A DNA stretch of 6,151 nt, taken from a virus (taxonomy: Duplodnaviria > Heunggongvirae > Uroviricota > Caudoviricetes). The DNA lies in IMG/VR virus record IMGVR_UViG_3300029248_000066. One strand, written 5' to 3'. The notes below the pieces were generated by a model, which had not been told where the DNA came from, did no database searches, and was given only the letters and a program-made list of their open reading frames with translations. Numbering within the stretch: position 1 is the first letter of the stretch; each line of letters starts with the position of its first letter. Shown in pieces: positions 1 to 5,344 of this stretch. The position numbers were made by a program, and so were the translations under genes.

Positions 1-234
1 TGGCGAGCAAGTGATACGATGTTAATCGCCTGCCAGAACGTTACTCCACTTCTTCAGGTTGCGGAGCACCGCGAAGCCGGTCGCTTTACTTCTATCAGTC
101 AGGAATATCCCCTGATACTCAGCAAGGCGCGAGCAATCCTTGCCAGAGAAACGGCGCATGTAAAATTCCAACCGTGGCAGGATGATAAGTGGAGCAGGGT
201 ATTGCCACATTTGCGTCAGGCTAGATTGCAATAG
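1..234 (+). CDS. Hypothetical protein, C-terminal part (open to the window start; first in-window ATG at 19)
   Basis: Frame is open from position 1 to TAG at 232-234. Same strand as all downstream phage genes. No recognisable family. A mirror ORF of almost equal length exists on the minus strand, so strand assignment is uncertain. Confidence 0.3.
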   Translation, partial: WRASDTMLIACQNVTPLLQVAEHREAGRFTSISQEYPLILSKARAILARETAHVKFQPWQDDKWSRVLPHLRQARLQ

Positions 235-396
235 TTTTACATATTAGGCGCTGAATGGATGCAAGCAGGTAGCGCACTGGGCGGCAATGATTAAGGCTTC
301 AGATAAGCCAAGTAAGCACTGAAGAAGTTCAATGTAATCAAATTCTCTTTATGGTATTTTCGTTAGACCCCTCATGCACTTAGATGGAAATTTGAA

Positions 397-597
397 ATGA
401 TGTATTCAGTGACTTTCGATGATACTGGACGAGTAGAAGATATTGAACTAGATCGTGAGGTTAGAGCCGGAGATAGACTCTCTCTTAATATTGATGGTCT
501 TGATGGTATTTATATAGTCATGACTGTTAGCGGCCCTATCTATGAAAATGTTTGTATGCCAATGAATATCCGGGTTCAAAAGTATTGGAAGCAATGA
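397..597 (+). CDS. Hypothetical small protein (66 aa), first gene of the AT-rich insertion
   Basis: ATG-initiated ORF ending TGA 595-597, followed directly by a terminator-like hairpin. AT-rich relative to the flanking phage genes. No strong Shine-Dalgarno seen and no family recognised. Confidence 0.4.
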   Translation: MMYSVTFDDTGRVEDIELDREVRAGDRLSLNIDGLDGIYIVMTVSGPIYENVCMPMNIRVQKYWKQ

Positions 598-602
598 TGT
601 AT

Positions 603-631
603 AATCCCCTCAGATGCTCGAGGGGATTTTT
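603..631 (+). terminator. Intrinsic-terminator-like hairpin (9-bp stem AATCCCCTC/GAGGGGATT, 8-nt loop) followed by a T-run
   Basis: Perfect 9-bp complementarity between 603-611 and 620-628, followed by TTTTT then AT. The right arm (GAGGGG) doubles as the likely Shine-Dalgarno for the ATG at 632. Confidence 0.5.
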
Positions 632-859
632 ATGTCAGACTGGAACATTGCAGCAAAACCGCAAAAGGAACGTGACAAGGTAAGCGTTGGCCTTGCGCTT
701 TCAGGTGTAGCGTATAAAGAACGCCCGAACATGCCGGTTATAGCTAAACAGGTAGCTAGAGAACAACTTGGGCATCTCCGCGAGTACTTAATGGATCGCG
801 TCCGTTATTACCGTAAGCAGAGCATCACCTTCCAAAAGCATCCGAACCACGCTACATAG
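632..859 (+). CDS. Hypothetical small basic protein (75 aa)
   Basis: ATG at 632 lies 6 nt downstream of GAGGGG (620-625); stop TAG 857-859. The ORF track's upstream ATG at 614 sits in the hairpin loop with no Shine-Dalgarno, so 632 is preferred. GC content is host-like. No family recognised. Confidence 0.5.
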   Translation: MSDWNIAAKPQKERDKVSVGLALSGVAYKERPNMPVIAKQVAREQLGHLREYLMDRVRYYRKQSITFQKHPNHAT

Positions 860-874
860 AAATGGCAGACTTAA

Positions 875-1462
875 ATGCAAGAAAATGAAAAGCAAGAGCA
901 GCATGAAACTGAACCTCAGGATTTAGATTTTCCAGCAGAATTTGACTCTCTGATTAATGCAAATGGAAAGATAACACCTGCATTGCTAACGGTAGTTAAC
1001 CGGTATTTTTTATATTTTTCATTCTTTGAATCACTTCTTTTGGGGTGTTCTGGAAGTCAGGGGAAGAGTTCGAAATACGCAGCGAAATTGTTGGAATTCA
1101 AATTAGTTGATCTTGACGTTCTTAAGCGAACATACTTCTTTTTTGCAGACCGTTATCTGGCAGATGTAGTGAAGTTTGAAAACCTATGTGGTGATTTAGA
1201 GCATACATCGCAGAAGGCTAGGGATGAAAAAATTAAGGCCATGCAATTAAAGACAAACGACCCTGAAATTCAGTTAGGTGTTTGTATTTTTGTTTGTTTC
1301 AGGTTGCGAAACAACCTTTTTCATGGACCAAAATGGCGTTATTTGCTTGATGGGCAAGAGGATTTGCTCTTAATTGCCGGAAATTTTATACATTCTATTC
1401 TATTACAGGTGCCTAGTAGAGATGGCTGGGAATTCAAGAATATTTTAACTTCTACTGATTAG
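875..1462 (+). CDS. Hypothetical protein (195 aa), AT-rich, with C-terminal HEPN-like motif R145-N-N-L-F-H150 (candidate HEPN RNase / toxin or abortive-infection effector)
   Basis: Single long ORF, ATG 875 to TAG 1460-1462. Manual counts suggest under 40% GC against about 50% for neighbouring phage genes. Codons 1307-1324 encode RNNLFH, which fits the HEPN active-site signature Rx4-6H in its common R-N-x-x-x-H form. Acidic N-terminus. Confidence 0.6.
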   Translation: MQENEKQEQHETEPQDLDFPAEFDSLINANGKITPALLTVVNRYFLYFSFFESLLLGCSGSQGKSSKYAAKLLEFKLVDLDVLKRTYFFFADRYLADVVKFENLCGDLEHTSQKARDEKIKAMQLKTNDPEIQLGVCIFVCFRLRNNLFHGPKWRYLLDGQEDLLLIAGNFIHSILLQVPSRDGWEFKNILTSTD

Positions 1463-1529
1463 CTTTGATTTTCCATAATCAACCCGCCATAATCATGTCA
1501 TCGGAGCCTGAACAACTCCGGTGACTTCT

Positions 1530-1553
1530 GCGCTTTGAGGGGACTCAAAGTGC
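1530..1553. other. Stable hairpin / palindrome (10-bp stem with one G-U pair, GGGA loop) in the intergenic region, without a U-tract
   Basis: CTTTGAG (1533-1539) pairs with CTCAAAG (1544-1550), extendable by 3 bp. No T-run on either strand, so not a classical intrinsic terminator. Confidence 0.3.
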
Positions 1554-1647
1554 AAACGACAATCAGAACACCTTTCAACCAGTCACAGATGCAGAAATGC
1601 ACCTGCGATTTTTTGCATCCAACGTTTGACCTCTGCGGAGGTGAAGC

Positions 1648-2103
1648 GTGAACCTCCCACAAGACGGCATCAAATTACATCGCGGTAACTTCACCGCTAT
1701 CGGTAAGCAGATCCAGCCTTATCTGGAGGACGGAAAATGCTTTCGCATGGTGCTTAAACCGTGGCGCGAGAGACGCAGTCTTTCCCAGAATGCACTCAGC
1801 CACATGTGGTACAGCGAAATCAGTGAGTACCTCATCAGCAGGGGGAAATCGTTCGCTACTGCAGCATGGGTAAAAGATGCTCTCAAACACACATACCTCG
1901 GTTATGAAACCAAGGACCTGGTTGATGTCGTAACCGGCGAAATCACTACGATCCAGTCGTTACGCCATACCTCCGATCTTGATACCGGAGAGATGTATGT
2001 CTTCCTGTGTAAGGTTGAAGCCTGGGCGATGAATATTGGCTGCCACCTGACTATTCCGCAGAGCTGCGAGTTCCAGCTGCTGCGCGACAAGCAGGAGGCG
2101 TAA
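1648..2103 (+). CDS. ybcN: YbcN-like protein (DLP12 prophage DNA base-flipping protein family, NinB/Orf-like), 151 aa
   Basis: Translation is near-identical to the recalled E. coli K-12 DLP12 YbcN ([15 protein letters not shown]...QLLRDKQEA). GTG start at 1648 with GGAGG (1636-1640) 7 nt upstream. Stop TAA overlaps the ninE ATG (TAATG). Confidence 0.9.
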   Translation: MNLPQDGIKLHRGNFTAIGKQIQPYLEDGKCFRMVLKPWRERRSLSQNALSHMWYSEISEYLISRGKSFATAAWVKDALKHTYLGYETKDLVDVVTGEITTIQSLRHTSDLDTGEMYVFLCKVEAWAMNIGCHLTIPQSCEFQLLRDKQEA

Positions 2104-2273
2104 TGGCTACACCGCTTATTCGGGTCATGAACGGACACATCTACAGAGTACCAAATCGTCGTAAGCGTAAGCCTGAGCTGAAGCCATCCGAAATACCAAC
2201 ACTGCTAGGGTATACCGCCAGCCTGGTTGATAAAAAATGGTTGCGACTGGCAGCAAGGAGGAATCATGGCTGA
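2103..2273 (+). CDS. ninE: NinE family protein, 56 aa
   Basis: ATG 2103 overlapping the ybcN stop; translation [56 protein letters not shown] matches recalled NinE. Below the ORF-track length cutoff, found by manual translation. Confidence 0.85.
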   Translation: MATPLIRVMNGHIYRVPNRRKRKPELKPSEIPTLLGYTASLVDKKWLRLAARRNHG

Positions 2274-2556
2274 TTTGAGAAAAGCAGCGCGTGGTCGGGA
2301 ATGCCAGGTAAGAATCCCTGGCATATGTAATGGCAACCCTGAAACGTCTGTACTGGCACATATCCGGCTGGCTGGATTGTGTGGCACCGGTACCAAACCG
2401 CCAGACCTGATTGCCACCATTGCATGTTCTGCCTGTCACGATGAGATCGACCGTCGCACGCATTTTGTTGACGCTGGATATGCAAAAGAATGCGCGCTGG
2501 AAGGTATGGCGAGAACACAGGTTATCTGGCTGAAAGAGGGGGTTATTAACGCGTGA
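2266..2556 (+). CDS. ybcO: YbcO-like protein (DLP12 prophage putative nuclease, DUF1364 family), 96 aa
   Basis: ATG 2266 ([23 protein letters not shown]...) preceded by AGGAGG and overlapping the ninE stop by 8 nt. The ORF track's TTG at 2227 is rejected as an upstream extension. Cysteine-rich pattern and 96-aa length match recalled YbcO. Confidence 0.85.
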   Translation: MADLRKAARGRECQVRIPGICNGNPETSVLAHIRLAGLCGTGTKPPDLIATIACSACHDEIDRRTHFVDAGYAKECALEGMARTQVIWLKEGVINA

Positions 2557-2915
2557 ATACCTACAGCATCACATTACCCTGGCCTCCGAGCAATAATCGC
2601 TATTACCGCCATAATCGCGGGCGCACGCACGTCAGCGCAGAGGGACAGGCATACCGCGATAACGTCGCTCAAATCATTAAAAACGCAATGCTGGATATCG
2701 GCCTGGCTATGCCTGTGAAAATCCGCATTGAGTGCCACATGCCGGATCGCCGTCGCCGTGACCTGGATAATCTACAAAAGGCCGCTTTTGACGCACTCAC
2801 CAAAGCAGGTTTCTGGTTGGATGATGCTCAGGTCGTTGATTATCGCGTTGTGAAGATGCCCGTTACCAAAGGTGGGAAGCTGGAGCTGACCATCACCGAA
2901 CTGGGAGATGAATGA
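2553..2915 (+). CDS. rusA: Holliday junction resolvase RusA (endodeoxyribonuclease), 120 aa
   Basis: Translation [37 protein letters not shown]...ELGDE closely matches recalled E. coli RusA. GTG start overlaps the ybcO stop (GTGA). Confidence 0.95.
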   Translation: MNTYSITLPWPPSNNRYYRHNRGRTHVSAEGQAYRDNVAQIIKNAMLDIGLAMPVKIRIECHMPDRRRRDLDNLQKAAFDALTKAGFWLDDAQVVDYRVVKMPVTKGGKLELTITELGDE

Positions 2916-3052
2916 TGTTTGAGTCTTATATGGCAGAACGTCTTCGCCGCCGCTGGGTGCGCCTGCGCTTATATCGTTTTCCCGGTTCTGTTTTGACCGA
3001 TTACCGAATACTGAAGAATTACGCCAAAACACTGAAAGGAGCTGCCGCATGA
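2912..3052 (+). CDS. ylcG: YlcG-like small protein, 46 aa
   Basis: ATG 2912 overlaps the rusA stop (ATGA); translation [46 protein letters not shown]; stop TGA 3050-3052 overlaps the next ATG. Position matches ylcG downstream of rusA in DLP12. Found by manual translation. Confidence 0.75.
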   Translation: MMFESYMAERLRRRWVRLRLYRFPGSVLTDYRILKNYAKTLKGAAA

Positions 3053-3738
3053 ATATCCAATATTTACAGTATGTTCGCGAGCAACTCATGGTGGCTACCG
3101 CTGATTTGAGCGGAGTAACGAAAGGCCAGCTTGAAGCCTGGCTGGAGCATGCTCAATTTGATACTGGTACATACAAACGAAAGAAGCCGCGCATTCTGGA
3201 TGAGGTAACTGGCAGGATGATTACGCTGGATAATCCGCCGATTTCCGGTAAGCAGTCGTACGCAAAAGGTTCATCCATTGCACTGGTCAGCCAGGTTGAG
3301 TTCTCAACATCTTCATGGCGCCGCGCGGTTCTGTCTCTCGAAGAACATCAGAAAGCGTGGTTGCTGTGGAGTTACAGCGAAAGTGTTCGCTGGGAGCATC
3401 AGGTTGCCATAACGCAGTGGGCATGGAACGAGTTTAAAGCTCTGTTAGGTACAAGAAAAATTGCCAGTAAGACACTGGAACGCTTAAAGAAGTTGATCTG
3501 GCTGGCGGCACAGGATGTGAAGAACGAGCTGGCAGGGCGTAAGACCTATGAATACCAGGAGCTGGCATCACTGGTGGGAGTGACATCAAAAAACTGGTCT
3601 GAGACATTTACTGAACGCTGGGTTGCAATGAAGCACATTTTTCTACAGCTTGATAGCCAAGCTTTATTGCTTTTAACGAAAACACGTTCAAAACAAAAGA
3701 CGACATTTTCACAGCAAAGTATTGCAAAACTGGATTAA
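3049..3738 (+). CDS. Putative late-gene antitermination protein Q (phage 82 / Q-like, non-lambda type), 229 aa
   Basis: Sits between rusA-ylcG and a promoter/terminator pair plus lysis cassette, the canonical Q position; phage 82 is known to have rusA next to Q. The protein has no cysteine, so it is not a lambda-Q zinc-finger type. Assignment is by synteny and recalled family resemblance, not by a verified alignment. Confidence 0.6.
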   Translation: MNIQYLQYVREQLMVATADLSGVTKGQLEAWLEHAQFDTGTYKRKKPRILDEVTGRMITLDNPPISGKQSYAKGSSIALVSQVEFSTSSWRRAVLSLEEHQKAWLLWSYSESVRWEHQVAITQWAWNEFKALLGTRKIASKTLERLKKLIWLAAQDVKNELAGRKTYEYQELASLVGVTSKNWSETFTERWVAMKHIFLQLDSQALLLLTKTRSKQKTTFSQQSIAKLD

Positions 3739-3750
3739 AAAGCATATATT
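3722..3750 (+). promoter_or_regulatory. Candidate sigma70 late promoter (PR'-like): -35 TTGCAA, 17-bp spacer, -10 TATATT
   Basis: TTGCAA at 3722-3727 and TATATT at 3745-3750 with a 17-nt spacer, straddling the Q stop. A -10-like TGATATTTT (3762-3770) lies in the predicted early transcribed region, consistent with the sigma-dependent pause used for Q loading in lambdoid phages. Confidence 0.4.
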
Positions 3751-3919
3751 TCGTGTAAATCTGATATTTTGCCAATGTTGTACGCACTGGCAGTAATCCA
3801 AATTCAAGCTCGAGGTTTAAAGCCTTGGGCTTTTCTGTTTCTGGGCGGTGAGTATCCTTCCGACGTACCCCAGCCAGGGTGTCTTCAGCTGTTGAGTTGA
3901 TATTGCTTAACCCTCTGTT

Positions 3920-3942
3920 GCCAGCTACATGCTGGCTTTTTT
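3920..3942 (+). terminator. Rho-independent terminator (tR'-like): stem GCCAGC/GCTGGC, loop TACAT, then TTTTTT
   Basis: Perfect 6-bp GC-rich stem (3920-3925 / 3931-3936) followed by six T (3937-3942), about 170-185 nt downstream of the candidate late promoter, analogous to lambda tR' which yields the short 6S transcript. Confidence 0.6.
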
Positions 3943-4059
3943 ATTCCAGGCTTGCGGGGAGCATCAACTCCGTGCTTTGTCGTTAAATTACCCCGTGAGC
4001 CTGATTTCTGACATTTAACGTCCCGGCCTTTTGTCGGCGGCGAAACATTGGCTATTCAT

Positions 4060-4365
4060 ATGCACGAAAAAGAGAGCCTTGCCGGAGCGTTCTGGCTCGT
4101 TTTGCTGATCATCGCAGGTTGGGGCGGTCTGGTCCGCTACCTGATAGATGTGAAGCAGAGTAAAGCAACGTGGAGTTGGATAAATGCTCTGGCTCAGATA
4201 GTGGTATCAGGATTCACCGGTGTTATTGGTGGCCTGATCAGCATCGAAAGTGGATTCAGTATTTACATGATTCTCGCGACAGCGGGGATTAGTGGTGCGA
4301 TGGGTTCGGTTGCACTGACGTACTTCTGGGAACGACTGACAGGGGTGAAAAATGCAAAATCTTAA
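4060..4365 (+). CDS. Putative holin (class I-like, three predicted transmembrane segments, charged C-terminus); alternative upstream TTG start at 4048
   Basis: Small membrane protein with three hydrophobic stretches (AFWLVLLIIAGWGGLV; WINALAQIVVSGFTGVIGGLISI; IYMILATAGISGAMGSVALTYFW) and basic tail ERLTGVKNAKS. It immediately precedes and overlaps the endolysin R gene by 14 nt. Not a lambda S homologue by sequence. Confidence 0.75.
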   Translation: MHEKESLAGAFWLVLLIIAGWGGLVRYLIDVKQSKATWSWINALAQIVVSGFTGVIGGLISIESGFSIYMILATAGISGAMGSVALTYFWERLTGVKNAKS

Positions 4366-4827
4366 TCCTCAGCGTAAGGCTTTCCTCGATATGGTGGCAT
4401 GGTCAGAAGGAACGGATAACGGGCGACAACCGACACGTAATCACGGTTATGATGTTATTGTTGGCGGCGAACTGTTTACTGATTACTCTGATCACCCTCG
4501 CAAACTTGTCACGTTAAACCCCAAACTCAAATCAACAGCCGCCGGACGTTATCAGCTTCTTTCACGCTNNNNNNNNNNNNNNNNNNNNNNNNNNNNNNNN
4601 NNNNNNNNNNNNNNNNNNNNNNNNNNNNNNNGGCATTGCAGCAGATTAAAGAGCGTGGCGCTTTACCGATGATTGATCGCGGTGATATCCGTCAGGCTAT
4701 CGATCGTTGCAGCAATATCTGGGCGTCGTTACCTGGTGCAGGTTACGGTCAGTATGAACATAAAATCGGTGACCTGATTTCCCGGTTTAAAGAGGTTGGC
4801 GGGGTGGTAAATGAAGTTGAGCTATAA
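4352..4827 (+). CDS. R: Endolysin R, lambda-type lytic transglycosylase, interrupted by a 63-nt N-run (4569-4631)
   Basis: Both halves match recalled lambda R closely (N-terminal ...QRKAFLDM.AWSEGTDNGRQ.TRNHGYDVIVGGELFTDYSDHPRKLVTLNPKLKST.AGRYQLLSR, C-terminal ALQQIKERGALPMIDRGDIRQAIDRCSNIWASLPGAGYGQ), including the WSEGT catalytic glutamate region. ATG 4352 is preceded by GGGGTG. The span is 476 nt against the 477 expected, so the two halves are out of frame by 1 nt across the N-run. Confidence 0.85.
4569..4631. other. Run of 63 N (assembly gap or masked sequence) inside the endolysin gene
   Basis: Directly visible as n characters. Confidence 0.99.
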
Positions 4828-5272
4828 GCTAGTTATCGCTGCTTTCTTCGTTACTATTATTGGTTCTTTCATCTGGTCAGCGAATCATTACCACAATCAA
4901 GCCATTGAATACAAAAAGCAGCGCGACGAAAACGCTATGGCATTACATTCGGCTATGGCGACGATCTCTGATATGCAGAAGCGTCAACGTGACGTAGCTG
5001 AACTTGACGCCAGATACACAAAGGAGCTTGCTGATGCTAACACGACTCTCGAAAGTCTCCGTACTGATGTCTCTGCTGGTCGTAAGCGCTTGCAAATCGC
5101 CGCCACCTGTGCAAAGTCAACGACCGGAGCCAGCGGCATGGGCTATGGAGAAAGTCCAAGACTTACAGCTGATGCTGAACTCAATTATTACCGCCTCCGA
5201 AGTGGGATCGACAAGATAACTGCACAGGTTAACTACTTGCAGGAGTACATCAAGACACAGTGCCAGAAATGA
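4811..5272 (+). CDS. Rz: Spanin inner-membrane subunit Rz (i-spanin), 153 aa
   Basis: Close match to recalled lambda Rz (N-terminal TMD, ...NHY..NAI.YK.QRD.NA...QRDVAALDA.YTKELADA...). Overlaps the R stop by 17 nt. C-terminal cysteine present. Confidence 0.9.
   Translation: MKLSYKLVIAAFFVTIIGSFIWSANHYHNQAIEYKKQRDENAMALHSAMATISDMQKRQRDVAELDARYTKELADANTTLESLRTDVSAGRKRLQIAATCAKSTTGASGMGYGESPRLTADAELNYYRLRSGIDKITAQVNYLQEYIKTQCQK
5034..5219 (+). CDS. Rz1: Spanin outer-membrane lipoprotein subunit Rz1 (o-spanin), 61 aa, embedded in the +1 frame of Rz
   Basis: ATG 5034 preceded by a perfect AAGGAG (5021-5026). Signal peptide MLTRLSKVSVLMSLLVVSAC with lipobox V-S-A-C, then proline-rich KSPPPVQSQRPEP. 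Wholly inside Rz, as in lambda. The ORF track's TTG at 5004 is rejected. Confidence 0.8.
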   Translation: MLTRLSKVSVLMSLLVVSACKSPPPVQSQRPEPAAWAMEKVQDLQLMLNSIITASEVGSTR

Positions 5273-5280
5273 ATCTATAG

Positions 5281-5308
5281 ATGACACTCCACGTTCGTAT
5301 AAGATAAT
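5281..5308 (+). promoter_or_regulatory. Candidate promoter for the downstream AT-rich gene: -35 ATGACA, 16-bp spacer, -10 GATAAT
   Basis: ATGACA 5281-5286 and GATAAT 5303-5308, about 37 nt upstream of the ATG at 5345, in an AT-rich intergenic region. Motif match only. Confidence 0.3.
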
Positions 5309-5344
5309 GCTAAATTACTATTAGCTTAATCACAGGAGACGGAC

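Noticed and set aside
22-231. Minus-strand 69-aa ORF mirroring the plus-strand ORF at 19-234
   Set aside because: It has somewhat host-like codons (several CTG), so it is not cleanly excluded, but it is antisense to the otherwise uniformly + strand phage operon and is not open to the window edge. Kept as an alternative to the low-confidence plus-strand call.
226-360. Promoter for the 397-597 ORF
   Set aside because: Several -35/-10-like hexamers occur (TTGCAA at 226-231, TATGGT / TATTTT around 350-360) but none pairs with acceptable spacing.
614-859. Upstream ATG at 614 as start of the 75/81-aa ORF
   Set aside because: That ATG sits in the loop of the terminator hairpin with no Shine-Dalgarno; the ATG at 632 has GAGGGG at the right spacing.
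2227-2556. TTG at 2227 as the ybcO start (109-aa form)
   Set aside because: It would overlap ninE by 47 nt. The internal ATG at 2266 has an AGGAGG and gives the 96-aa length recalled for YbcO.
1675-3089. Minus-strand ORFs 1675-1890, 1902-2138, 2125-2463, 2205-2420, 2264-2518 and 2772-3089
   Set aside because: All lie antisense within the strongly supported ybcN, ninE, ybcO, rusA and ylcG/Q genes; treated as shadow ORFs.
3739-4047. tRNA genes or toxin genes (stx-like) between Q and the holin
   Set aside because: The gap is only about 310 bp, with no T-loop-like GGTTCGA motif and no long ORF. It is better explained by the late promoter, pause and terminator.
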